From IMG/VR virus record IMGVR_UViG_2862178590_000001, positions 1 to 64,000 of that record: a DNA stretch of 64,000 bases. One strand, written 5' to 3'. Origin of the DNA: a virus. Lineage: Duplodnaviria > Caudoviricetes. The stretch's first letter is position 1. Every line of letters starts with the position of its first letter. Shown here piece after piece: positions 53,634-61,935 of the stretch. The position numbers and the translations under genes are program-made. The notes beneath the pieces are model-generated. The model did not search any database. It saw nothing but the letters and a program-made list of their open reading frames with translations, and had not been told where the DNA came from.

Positions 53634-53864
53634 TCAGTGGTGGGTGTGGCGGCGTGCGGTGTGGCGGGCGTTGCTGCGGGTCAGGACCGTGCGGGTGATC
53701 ACGAACGCGGAGATTGCGGCGGCGACGGCGAGGAGCCCGTTCGCGCCGAGGTGGGCTGCGCCGTGTCCGGCCAGGTAGCCGGTGGTGCAGGCGGTGATGA
53801 ACGTCAGCAGGTCGACGACGCTGGACGTCCGGCGTGTGGCGGGCTGCCGGGCTGGCCGGTTCAA
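53634..53864 (-). CDS. Small membrane protein
   Basis: Two TMs. Confidence 0.55.
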   Translation of the reverse strand: MNRPARQPATRRTSSVVDLLTFITACTTGYLAGHGAAHLGANGLLAVAAAISAFVITRTVLTRSNARHTARRHTHH

Positions 53865-53938
53865 CTGACGCCCCGGTACGCGGCGAAGGCGAGAGCGGCG
53901 AACGAAGCGAAGATCGCGAAGGCGGAGAACAGACGCAT
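53861..53938 (-). CDS. 25-aa TM peptide MRLFSAFAIFASFAALAFAAYRGVS
   Basis: RBS TAAGGA; hydrophobic; stop overlaps the downstream gene. Confidence 0.5.
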   Translation of the reverse strand: MRLFSAFAIFASFAALAFAAYRGVS

Positions 53939-53970
53939 GACTTGGTCCTTACGGGCTGGGTGCGGGATGG

Positions 53971-54156
53971 TCAGTAGTGGTCGAGGTCGTTCGCGGCGCG
54001 GCGGGTCTTGGCGGCCCAGTCCTCGCAGACCTCGGCCTTCTCCGTCTCGCCCTTGGCACGGAACTCCTGGGCTTGGCGTTCGGCGTCGGCGGCGGCGTCG
54101 CGCTTGCCCTGCGGCGTGTCAAACGGGTCGGACGACTTGCGGCTGAACAGGCCCAT
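53971..54156 (-). CDS. Hypothetical protein
   Basis: RBS GGGAG; MGLFSRK. Confidence 0.6.
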   Translation of the reverse strand: MGLFSRKSSDPFDTPQGKRDAAADAERQAQEFRAKGETEKAEVCEDWAAKTRRAANDLDHY

Positions 54157-54172
54157 GGCGGGCTCCCTCGGG

Positions 54173-54478
54173 TCAGGTGGTTTCGGTGGCCGGGCGGTCC
54201 CAGCCCTTGCGGAACTCGTTCATGAACTCGGCGGTGACCTGCGCCCCGACGACCGCGCCGAGCGGCGGCAGCCCGGTGCGTTCGGCGGCCCAGAACTCGA
54301 TGCGCATCACCACCTCGGCGAGGTAGATGACGGCCGGCCGGGTGCAGCGGACCGCGAACGTGACCGCGCCGATCAGGACCATCACGCTCATCGCGGCGAG
54401 GCGCACCGTCCACGCCCACCCGGCGGCGAGCAGTCGCTGCCATGCCGCAGGCTTCGCGGTGATCACATAGGCGTGCAC
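54173..54478 (-). CDS. Membrane protein
   Basis: RBS GGGAGG; hydrophobic core. Confidence 0.6.
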   Translation of the reverse strand: MHAYVITAKPAAWQRLLAAGWAWTVRLAAMSVMVLIGAVTFAVRCTRPAVIYLAEVVMRIEFWAAERTGLPPLGAVVGAQVTAEFMNEFRKGWDRPATETT

Positions 54479-54572
54479 GGTGAACCTCCCTCAGATCAGG
54501 CGTGCGGGTTGCGATGGAAACGCTGTCCTGGCCCCTCGCCGCCGGTACGGGGACCGGCAGTGAGGGCAGCCG

Positions 54573-54746
54573 TCAGCGGCCGTTGATCTCGGTGACTCGG
54601 GCGTGCTCGCCCCATCCGTCTCGGAGACGGACGACCGTGAAGTAGTTGCCGCCGACGTCCGTGATGCGGTGCGGCTCGCCCTTGTACTCGACGTCCGTGC
54701 CGACCTGGTCGACGTTCGGGTGCTTCGGGTTGGTGATCCGGTGCAT
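54573..54746 (-). CDS. Small SH3-like protein
   Basis: GTDVEYKGEPHRITDV; RBS GAAGGGA. Confidence 0.55.
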   Translation of the reverse strand: MHRITNPKHPNVDQVGTDVEYKGEPHRITDVGGNYFTVVRLRDGWGEHARVTEINGR

Positions 54747-54833
54747 GCGGTTCCCTTCTCGGTTCGGGCCGGACTGTCCGGCCGCCGCACCCCACACCCG
54801 GACGACGGTGTGGAGCACAGCGGGCGGACAGCG

Positions 54834-54923
54834 TCAGCGGGGGTCGGCGGCGAGCACGTAGACGGTGAAGGCGACCATGGCGACGATCCACAACATCGAC
54901 GCGGCGATCAGGACGTAGACCAC
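54834..54923 (-). CDS. 29-aa TM peptide
   Basis: MVYVLIAASMLWIVAMVAFTVYVLAADPR. Confidence 0.45.
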   Translation of the reverse strand: MVYVLIAASMLWIVAMVAFTVYVLAADPR

Positions 54924-54926
54924 GGG

Positions 54927-55250
54927 TCACACCACCCCACCGTCGCCGGTCTTGACGAGCACCCCGGACGGGGACCGCCGGTAGACGCGGGCTGCGTTGG
55001 CGCGGAGCTTCGCCTCGACCGCCTCGCCCAGGTCGATGCCCGTCATCTCGGCGAGCCCGACGAGGTACAGCTGCACGTCGGCCAGCTCCGCACCGAAGCC
55101 GGGCAGGCCCTGGCGCCATGCCGTGAACGCTTCGCCGACCTCGGCGGTCAGCAGACCGAACTCCAGCGGCACGTCCGTGACGTTGAAGCCCTTCGCGAGC
55201 TTGTTGTCCCAGGCCGCAGCCTGGATCTCCGGCAGCGTCAGCGCCATCAC
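54927..55250 (-). CDS. MazG-like nucleotide pyrophosphohydrolase
   Basis: LLTAEVGEAF...GAELADV..YL..LA...GIDL. Confidence 0.85.
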   Translation of the reverse strand: MMALTLPEIQAAAWDNKLAKGFNVTDVPLEFGLLTAEVGEAFTAWRQGLPGFGAELADVQLYLVGLAEMTGIDLGEAVEAKLRANAARVYRRSPSGVLVKTGDGGVV

Positions 55251-55399
55251 GCCTCACCCCCGTCGTCGGCCAGGTCGTGACTGCCGGGCTCGCACTCGTC
55301 GACCCAGCAGCGATGGACAGGGCAGACGTCCGGGTCCGGAGTGAACAGCCCGTGCCACGAGCCTTCCGGCCTCGTCGGCGCCAGGGTCGCGGCGGTCAC
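55247..55399 (-). CDS. Small Cys/His protein
   Basis: CPVHRCWVDEC; overlapping start/stop. Confidence 0.5.
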   Translation of the reverse strand: MTAATLAPTRPEGSWHGLFTPDPDVCPVHRCWVDECEPGSHDLADDGGEA

Positions 55400-55599
55400 G
55401 ACTCGTCCCCGGGCTCGACGTCGGCGAGGACGTCTCCTCCGAAGAGGTGCAGCAGGCCGTCGGCCAAAACCTCCAGGCGGCCGTTCATCTTCGCCACCGC
55501 GCTGGCGTCGCCCGTGGGTTGCGCCTTGGACTCGGCCACAACTCCAGCCGCCCACAGGAGACATCGACGCTCGGCGTCCGTCAGATCGGGGCGGCTCAT
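55396..55599 (-). CDS. Hypothetical protein
   Basis: ATGA overlaps. Confidence 0.55.
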   Translation of the reverse strand: MSRPDLTDAERRCLLWAAGVVAESKAQPTGDASAVAKMNGRLEVLADGLLHLFGGDVLADVEPGDES

Positions 55600-55862
55600 G
55601 ACCTCTCACCGCCGCCGCGGAGGAGGGCCTCCGCCTCAGCCACGAGCTCGCCAGCGTCCACGGCGTGCGCCTCGGCACCCGCCTCCGCCGCCAACCGCAG
55701 CCGCTCCACATCCGCCTCAGTCAGGCGGACCGTGCCGACCAGATCCCCACCCGGAGTGAGGACGATCAGACGGACCGCCGTCCCCGTGTCGGGGCTCATC
55801 CCGCCCAGCGCCAACTGCAACTCGATCGCCCGCAGCGCATCGTGTCCCAGCCCGGCCATCAC
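55596..55862 (-). CDS. Hypothetical protein
   Basis: Overlapping start/stop in operon. Confidence 0.55.
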   Translation of the reverse strand: MMAGLGHDALRAIELQLALGGMSPDTGTAVRLIVLTPGGDLVGTVRLTEADVERLRLAAEAGAEAHAVDAGELVAEAEALLRGGGERS

Positions 55863-55996
55863 GCCTCCTCCTCACCGGAGGACGCCCGAAGCTGCGCGTC
55901 GAACAGCTCGGCCTCGACATCGACACAGTCACCGGACAAGATCCGCTGATAGACCTGCTCGCTCTCGGCGGACATACGGTCCTGGAAGTCAGCCAT
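55859..55996 (-). CDS. Small acidic protein
   Basis: MADFQDRMSAESEQVYQRIL; TGATG overlap. Confidence 0.5.
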   Translation of the reverse strand: MADFQDRMSAESEQVYQRILSGDCVDVEAELFDAQLRASSGEEEA

Positions 55997-56304
55997 CACG
56001 CCACCTCGCTGTACTGCGCGCCGAACAGCTCGATCGCGTGCAGCTCGTCATACAGCGACGGCTCAACGGGGTGCGCCTTGTCGTAGCGGGAGGCCTCGTT
56101 GAGAAGCTGGATCTCAACGTCCCAGTCGCCGCGAGCCAGGGCGTACAACTCGATCAGCCGGGCACGGTAGGCGGAGTCATCGGCGTCGAGCTCGGCCTTC
56201 GTCGGGGCCGGGGTGCCGAGGACGCGGCGCAGAGGCTCGCGGGATGCGGCGGTGGAGAGGGGGGTGTACTGGTGATCGCTACCCGGGCGGAGAGTGATAG
56301 TCAT
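55996..56304 (-). CDS. Hypothetical protein
   Basis: RBS GAAGAAGGA; ATGA overlap. Confidence 0.6.
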   Translation of the reverse strand: MTITLRPGSDHQYTPLSTAASREPLRRVLGTPAPTKAELDADDSAYRARLIELYALARGDWDVEIQLLNEASRYDKAHPVEPSLYDELHAIELFGAQYSEVA

Positions 56305-56993
56305 GACCGGTCCTTCTTCCTTGCTTCGTAGCGGCTTTGAGCAGCGGCTCGGCAAGCACGGCAGTGCTTGTAGCCCTTCGGGTCTACGTAGGTGTTGAGG
56401 AGGTCGAGGGCGTGCCCCTTCGCGCAGGACTCGGCGCCGCGGTGGCGCCTTGGCGCGGTGGGCGCATCCAGGTCGATCGGTGCTTGCTGAAGAGGAGCAC
56501 CAGTCGCAGCGGCGTACCGCTCGCGCCCCAGCGTTATGGCGCAAGTGCGGCAGCTACGGCCGCCATCAGGCGTCACCTGGACGTTGCTGCCGGACAGCGG
56601 GTGTCCGCGCTTGCAGTGGGTCTTGTTCGCATTGATCGCAGCCGGAGCGATCGGGGAGCGCATGATGTTCTCGCGGCAGGTGACGGGCTCCAGGTGCTCC
56701 GGGTTGCAGCACGGCGGGTTACGGCAGAGGTGATCTGTGTGTAGCCCCTGCTCGATCGGGCCCGTCGTGATCATGTACATCAGGCGGTGCGAATAGACCA
56801 CCGTCCCCGCGAGCCTGTATCGCCCGTATCCCGTCGGGAATCGGCGACCGTTCCAGATCCAGCAACCGCTCGCGTCGAGCGAAACGAGCGACCACACGTG
56901 GTCGAACTGCTCCTGGGTCAGCTGCACTTCACGGCCGTCCGGGAGTCGCATGGGCTTCAGCGTCTTGAAGTTGGGCTTCGTCGGGGTGTTCAT
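56301..56993 (-). CDS. HNH endonuclease with duplicated C-terminal Zn module
   Basis: CWIWNG, SHRLMY, DHLCRNPPCCNPEHL; C-x-x-GH...C-x2-C twice. Confidence 0.9.
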   Translation of the reverse strand: MNTPTKPNFKTLKPMRLPDGREVQLTQEQFDHVWSLVSLDASGCWIWNGRRFPTGYGRYRLAGTVVYSHRLMYMITTGPIEQGLHTDHLCRNPPCCNPEHLEPVTCRENIMRSPIAPAAINANKTHCKRGHPLSGSNVQVTPDGGRSCRTCAITLGRERYAAATGAPLQQAPIDLDAPTAPRRHRGAESCAKGHALDLLNTYVDPKGYKHCRACRAAAQSRYEARKKDRS

Positions 56994-57220
56994 CAGGCCA
57001 CTTCACCCGCAGCAACCCGCGACTTGTGCAGGTACTCGACGACGGCGGACTCCGGGATGCGCAGTCCGCGCCGTCGCACCGACCCACCGCCGATGCGGTG
57101 GGCGCGCAGGTCCCCGTTGTCGATGAGTCTGTAGATCGTGGATACGTGAACGGTGAGGCGCCGCGCCAGTTGACCGGCAGTGTGGAACTGCTCTGCCTGC
57201 GGCGGTACTTCTTCGCACAT
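56993..57220 (-). CDS. Excisionase / Cro-like HTH_17 protein
   Basis: TAGQLARRLTVHVSTIYRLIDNGDLRAHRIG..LRIP; RBS GGAG before ATG 57220. Confidence 0.85.
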   Translation of the reverse strand: MCEEVPPQAEQFHTAGQLARRLTVHVSTIYRLIDNGDLRAHRIGGGSVRRRGLRIPESAVVEYLHKSRVAAGEVA

Positions 57221-57260
57221 GCGGGCTCCATCGGAAAGTGGGACCCGGTGGGTCGCCAAG

Positions 57261-57304
57261 TTCTACGTAGAAGCCAGTGAAGCCATGTTCTACGTAGAAG
57301 TCAA
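57261..57304 (-). promoter_or_regulatory. Leftward early promoter with two TTCTACGTAGAA operators
   Basis: Palindromes at 57261-57272 and 57288-57299; -35 TTGACT, 17 bp, -10 TTCACT. Confidence 0.8.
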
Positions 57305-57320
57305 GCTCTCCCGAGGAACC

Positions 57321-57349
57321 AAAAAAGCCCCCACCGAAAGGTGGGGGCT
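57321..57349 (-). terminator. Intrinsic terminator after gntR
   Basis: AGCCCCCACC-UUUC-GGUGGGGGCU-UUUUU. Confidence 0.85.
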
Positions 57350-57363
57350 GCGGGCCGGAACTC

Positions 57364-58122
57364 CTAGGACTTGAAGGCGTATTCAAGGATGTACTTGGCC
57401 GAGCTGAGGGTCATCTCATTGGTCTCAACGACCCGCCCCTCAGCGTCCATCGCATAGCGAGCGATGATCACAACAGGGGTTCCCGGGCCCAGCGCCAAGT
57501 CCTCAGCCTCTTGCGGCCGTGGCATCCGAACCCGAATCTCCTCTCGGAAGTCGACCGGCCCGTGCCCAACATCCGCAAGCCGCCCATAGATGCCGCCAGC
57601 TCCCGTATCCAACTCGGCGATGGGCGTCCCGGAGGCGAGGTCGGCCGGGATGTAAGAGACCGCCCTCATGACCGGCTCTCCGTCAACGCAGTAGCGCCGC
57701 GAGCGGCGCCAAGCCGTTGCACCCTCCTCAAGATCGAGGGCCGCAGCAACGAGGGCGGGCGGCTGGACCTCGTCAACCGAGAGGTCTTCAACGGTGCGCG
57801 GCCGATCCGGGGCGTCGATGTCCCACATCGAGACCCCGTCGCCCCAGACCTCGACCGAGAGCCGCTTCGTCGCATTGCGACGAATGGGCATGAAGTCACG
57901 CACCACGGTGCCGACACCTTGTCTTGCTTCGGTCAGGCCTTCATTGGCGAGTTCGGCCAGCACCTTACGGGCCGTGTCGGCGGACACCTCCCAGCGCTTG
58001 GCGATCTCAGGCTCGCTCGGAACCTGATCACCGGGAGCGAGTGCGTGGCTGTAAATCTTCTCGCGCAGTTCACCAGCGATGACCACGTGCTTGGCAGGCT
58101 TCCGCGGTGCCCGATCTGCCAC
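57364..58122 (-). CDS. GntR/HutC (wHTH + UTRA) repressor, KorSA-like
   Basis: PSEPEIAKRWEVSADTARKVL...GVGTVV, UTRA C-terminus; start GTG 58122. Confidence 0.92.
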   Translation of the reverse strand: MADRAPRKPAKHVVIAGELREKIYSHALAPGDQVPSEPEIAKRWEVSADTARKVLAELANEGLTEARQGVGTVVRDFMPIRRNATKRLSVEVWGDGVSMWDIDAPDRPRTVEDLSVDEVQPPALVAAALDLEEGATAWRRSRRYCVDGEPVMRAVSYIPADLASGTPIAELDTGAGGIYGRLADVGHGPVDFREEIRVRMPRPQEAEDLALGPGTPVVIIARYAMDAEGRVVETNEMTLSSAKYILEYAFKS

Positions 58123-58140
58123 TTTCCCTCCTCGATCAAC

Positions 58141-58235
58141 TTCTACGTAGATCAGGCTAGTGCCCGCATGCGAATACAGCGAACATGGCGACTCTTGCAA
58201 GACTCCTTGACTTCTACGTAGAACCTCGGGAGCCT
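58141..58235. promoter_or_regulatory. Two further operators and a rightward promoter
   Basis: TTCTACGTAGAT (58141), TTCTACGTAGAA (58212); -35 TTGACT (58207). Confidence 0.75.
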
Positions 58236-58280
58236 GAGTGTGCACCGCTCGCTGAGTAAGCAGGGTGCATGTACAGCGAC

Positions 58281-58331
58281 GCCCGGACGGCTGTCACCGT
58301 CCGGGCGGACAACCAGCGGCTGTCACCGCTG
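58281..58331 (+). repeat. Twin hairpins with identical CTGTCA loop
   Basis: GCCCGGACGG-CTGTCA-CCGTCCGGGC and CAGCGG-CTGTCA-CCGCTG. Confidence 0.75.
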
Positions 58332-58371
58332 ATCAAGAGAGATCCCACCTGCGTGGAAGGAGCGCTCAGAT

Positions 58372-58827
58372 ATGAGCGTAGCAAGCGAGCACGCAAGCCC
58401 CCAGCCTGTCTCCACCCCGACGTCCCCCGCCTCGCGACTGGTCCCTGCTCTGGTCCACGGCCAGCGGATCTTTGTTGAATGTCCGTCGTGGTGCATCGTC
58501 GATCACGTCAAGCTGCACACCGGCGCGGTCGAGGACATCACGCACTGGTCGGAGGGGGCGGGCATGCAGGTGTTGACGATGCTCGATCCTCGGGCGGCGC
58601 ATTCGGACCTGTTCGCCCGGGTCAATTCTGATCCTGCGCACGGCGATCCACGGATGCGGGCTGCGCATGTTCTGGTGGGCAACGAGTCGGCGGTGGACGC
58701 GTTCCTGACGCCGGACATGGCGGACGAGCTGGCGGCCGATCTGGTCGCGTTCGCTGCGGCGGTTCGTCGTGCGGCTCGGACGGCGCGGCGGGCGAACGAG
58801 GCCAGCGGCGTGGAGGTGCCAGCATGA
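58372..58827 (+). CDS. DUF6907-like protein
   Basis: CPSWCIVDH...ITH; LTPDMADELAADL. Confidence 0.75.
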   Translation: MSVASEHASPQPVSTPTSPASRLVPALVHGQRIFVECPSWCIVDHVKLHTGAVEDITHWSEGAGMQVLTMLDPRAAHSDLFARVNSDPAHGDPRMRAAHVLVGNESAVDAFLTPDMADELAADLVAFAAAVRRAARTARRANEASGVEVPA

Positions 58828-58994
58828 GCCAGCTGGTGATCGAGTCGTTCCCTGCGGGTGGTCCGCGTGGCTCCTGGCCTGCGGAGGAGTTCGCGCGTGA
58901 TCGCCGCAAAGAGGGCGTCAAGGCCGAGGTCGTGATGGACATGGACGCCGATGCGTTCCTCGTCATCGTGCCGCAGCGGCGGGACGCTGGCTGA
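58824..58994 (+). CDS. Hypothetical protein
   Basis: ATGA overlap; RBS GGAGG. Confidence 0.55.
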   Translation: MSQLVIESFPAGGPRGSWPAEEFARDRRKEGVKAEVVMDMDADAFLVIVPQRRDAG

Positions 58995-59083
58995 CGGCCC
59001 TGTCTCGTCCCCGGCCTGTCGTGGCTGGGGGTGTACGGCGGTGCGGGGTCGGCTCGTGCCGGGCTTCAAAAGCGGAGGTGGAC

Positions 59084-59164
59084 ATGCTCAGCAATTGTGA
59101 TCACGAGTGGGTGCCGTGGAGTGGTCAGCCGCGGTGTCGTAAGTGTGGTGCGACGCAGGGCTGA
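59084..59164 (+). CDS. 26-aa peptide MLSNCDHEWVPWSGQPRCRKCGATQG
   Basis: GGAGG 5 nt upstream; C-x-H and C-x2-C. Confidence 0.5.
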   Translation: MLSNCDHEWVPWSGQPRCRKCGATQG

Positions 59165-59249
59165 TTGCTCTGGGTGAAGGGTGCGGGGTTGCTTGTGCGG
59201 TCCCGCACTGCTGTTGGAGCCTGTGGTCAGGATTGCCGGAAGGGGTGTC

Positions 59250-60044
59250 ATGAACTCTCGTACCGACTGGGCCGACCTGCCTGCGCCTGTCCGGGCCCAG
59301 GCGGTGGCTGAGGTGGGCCCGGTCGTGGACTGGGAGCCGGTTGGCAGCGGCCTGAACTGCAGGCTCGCCGTCCACCTCTACACGGAAGACGGGTCCTGCC
59401 GGTTCGTGAAGGGCGTGCCGGAGGATGATGCGCACGGCGTGGCAGGGCAGGGCCGGGAGGTGGCCGTTTCTCGGGTTGCGGCTGGCGTCGTCGCGCCGGT
59501 GCTGTGGTCCCGGTTGTGCGGCGGCTGGGATCTGCTGGTGTTCCAGTGTGTGGGCGACCAGCATGTTGATCTGACGGCCGGGTCGCGGGACGTGGATCTG
59601 GTCGCCGAGACGCTGCACCGTGCGCAGGGGCTGAAGGCAACGGGCCTGGCGGTGCCGCGTCTCGCTGAGCGTTTCGAGGGGTTCCTCGACGAGGACGGGC
59701 TGCGGCTGCTCGACGGGGAGGCGTTGCTGCACACGGACACGAACCCGCACAACATGATCCCGTACCTGTCGCAGGTCTATCTGGTCGACTGGGCGATGGC
59801 CGCGTCGGGCCCGGCCTGGGTGGATGTGGCGTACACGGCGGTGCGGCTGATGGAGGCCGGCTGGCCCGCGGCCGGCGCGCTGGAGTGGGCTGCCGGGTTC
59901 CGGTCGTGGCGGGAGGCGGATCCGCGGGCGGTGGCGGCCTTCGTGTCGGCGTCGTGCCGTCAGTGGGAGGCGATGGTCGGGCCGGTGGACTGCCGGCCGT
60001 CGAACCGCCGCTTCGAGGCCCTGTTGACCGCGGTCCACGCCTAG
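59250..60044 (+). CDS. APH-like phosphotransferase
   Basis: FVKG, HTDTNPHN catalytic loop, VDW; start reset to 59250. Confidence 0.85.
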   Translation: MNSRTDWADLPAPVRAQAVAEVGPVVDWEPVGSGLNCRLAVHLYTEDGSCRFVKGVPEDDAHGVAGQGREVAVSRVAAGVVAPVLWSRLCGGWDLLVFQCVGDQHVDLTAGSRDVDLVAETLHRAQGLKATGLAVPRLAERFEGFLDEDGLRLLDGEALLHTDTNPHNMIPYLSQVYLVDWAMAASGPAWVDVAYTAVRLMEAGWPAAGALEWAAGFRSWREADPRAVAAFVSASCRQWEAMVGPVDCRPSNRRFEALLTAVHA

Positions 60045-60102
60045 CCCCGCACAGACGACAGCGCCCCCGACCGTGAGGTCGGGGGCGCTTGTGTTTGCCT
60101 GG

Positions 60103-60645
60103 CTACTTTCCGGCGGCTACCTGGTCGGCGTCTTTGTCGGCTTCGGAGAGGGCCTTGTCGATGTCGGTGGTGGCGGGGGCGGGCTGGGTCGCAGTGTCGA
60201 TGGTGTTCTTCTCGGCCCACTGCTTGATCGCGTCGGCGGCGTTGGCGATGTCGTCGCGCCAGGTGTTGATGCTGTCGGGTTCGGTGTCGGCGGTGAACTG
60301 CTTGTCGGCCTTGGTGAACGCGCCCTGATAGGTGAGGTCGAGGAGGGCTTGCTGCTTCCAGGGCCCGAACTTGCTGCTCCCCCAGGTGTTGCGGCCGGCG
60401 GCGAGACTGTCACGGTAGTGCTGCACGTTGGCGTGGAGGATCTTCGCGGCGGCGGTGCGGTTGGCGGCGGGTGCGGGCTTCTTCGGTCCGTCGGGCGGGA
60501 GCCTCACGTCGACGGTCCCCGTGGCGGTGCCGGGGTTGGCGGCATCGGCGGTCTTGGCTGGCGCGGGGTCGTTGCTGGAGCATCCGGCGAGGAGCAGTCC
60601 GACGGCGGCGAGGACAACGACGGTGGCAGTGCGTTTGTGGTTCAT
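60103..60645 (-). CDS. Lipoprotein
   Basis: Lipobox LLAG-C. Confidence 0.8.
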   Translation of the reverse strand: MNHKRTATVVVLAAVGLLLAGCSSNDPAPAKTADAANPGTATGTVDVRLPPDGPKKPAPAANRTAAAKILHANVQHYRDSLAAGRNTWGSSKFGPWKQQALLDLTYQGAFTKADKQFTADTEPDSINTWRDDIANAADAIKQWAEKNTIDTATQPAPATTDIDKALSEADKDADQVAAGK

Positions 60646-60722
60646 GGGGCCCCCAACGAGATGAGGGAGCTATGACACCGCTTGATCTCGTTGGGGCGCT
60701 GCGGTGTTGCCGTTTCGTGACG

Positions 60723-60971
60723 CTACCGTCCGCCGACCTGCCCGTTGTCCTCGTTGTCGGCCATGGTCCCGACCTCGCCGGTGCCCTGGCAGTTCGAGCA
60801 CTGCACGGTGGTTTCGTTGCCGTCTTCGTCGCGGATGGTGATGGTGCCGCCGTTGCAGTTGCCGCAGCGGGGCACGCGTTCCTCCAGCAGGCGTTGGGTG
60901 AGGTTGAGGAGCCGGGTGTACCGGTGGTCTTGTTGGAGTACGGGGATGTACTCGGGGTCTACCCAGCTCAT
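60723..60971 (-). CDS. DnaJ-type Zn-finger small protein
   Basis: CGNCNGG and CSNCQGTG. Confidence 0.65.
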   Translation of the reverse strand: MSWVDPEYIPVLQQDHRYTRLLNLTQRLLEERVPRCGNCNGGTITIRDEDGNETTVQCSNCQGTGEVGTMADNEDNGQVGGR

Positions 60972-61067
60972 GACGGCCCCCCTTTCGGCTTGGGATTCAG
61001 CGTTGCGCTGCGGGGAGGGGCGGGTCAAGGCGCGTAACCCCGTGCGCCGTCGGGGAGTTGACCGGTC

Positions 61068-61262
61068 ATGGACGCTCTCTCCTCCCCCGTGACCGGTACG
61101 TATTCGGATGCTCCGCGCGAGCCGTTGGTCACTTTGGTGGAGGCGCGGGAGGCGGTGCGGCTGCTGATGCATTTCGCTGAGGCCGGCGACGGGGACTCCG
61201 ACGAGGAGCTGGACGCGTACCAGCTGGCCACAGACATCGCCGGACGGCTGCCGTCAGAGTGA
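61068..61262 (+). CDS. DUF6417-like small protein
   Basis: LVTLVEAREAVRLL...IAGRLPS. Confidence 0.55.
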   Translation: MDALSSPVTGTYSDAPREPLVTLVEAREAVRLLMHFAEAGDGDSDEELDAYQLATDIAGRLPSE

Positions 61263-61278
61263 CCGGTGGCGCCGCCGT

Positions 61279-61632
61279 TCACGGCCCGGAAGGACCATAG
61301 GGTCCGAGGATCTCGTCGTTGCCGTCGATGTAGTAGTCCCACACCGCTACCCACTCCGGTTTGAAGCCGGGCCTGTCCTGGTCTTTCTCGCTGTCCGCGA
61401 GGAGCAGGACGGTCCGGTTCCATTGGACGGCGGCGGCAAGGACCTCGGGTGTCGGGTCGGGCTGTTCCGTGACCATGCGGGCGAAGCGGTCCCGGTCGTC
61501 GAGGATGAGGCCCTTCGACAGTTGGTCGTGGCCTTTGGGGTAGTAGGTGGTGATGATGTCCCTGTACCAGGCGGCGATCTCGTCCATGTAGCGGGCGAAC
61601 GGATAGTCGGCGTCGGGGTCGTCGATGCTCAT
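61279..61632 (-). CDS. Acidic hypothetical protein
   Basis: RBS GAGG; start 61632. Confidence 0.6.
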   Translation of the reverse strand: MSIDDPDADYPFARYMDEIAAWYRDIITTYYPKGHDQLSKGLILDDRDRFARMVTEQPDPTPEVLAAAVQWNRTVLLLADSEKDQDRPGFKPEWVAVWDYYIDGNDEILGPYGPSGP

Positions 61633-61830
61633 GTCCTCATGCTGGCGGGGCAGGGCGCGTGCTGGTACAGCGCACGGGCGCATCCAGTCAGCGGCGGTGG
61701 CTGTGGGGGTTGCCGTTCCAGGCGCGCCGTACAACGCGCCGGTGGGCGGTGGGGAGTGCGAGGGCGGCGCCGATGCAGATCCCGGCGAGGACCCCGGTGA
61801 CCGTGCAGGCCGCGGCGAGCAGGGTGGGGA

Positions 61831-61935
61831 TCATCGGTCCTCCTCGGTTGGCTTGAACAGCAGGTTGGCGAGCATTCCGGAGGGCACGGAGGCGACCGCG
61901 ATGACCATGCCGACGTACAGGAACACGCAGCTCAC
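61831..61935 (-). CDS. Small TM peptide
   Basis: GTG overlaps the upstream stop; hydrophobic. Confidence 0.45.
   Translation of the reverse strand: MSCVFLYVGMVIAVASVPSGMLANLLFKPTEEDR

Noticed and set aside
56383-56392. Fifth GntR operator TCTACGTAGG
   Set aside because: Partial match inside the HNH coding sequence, with no promoter context.
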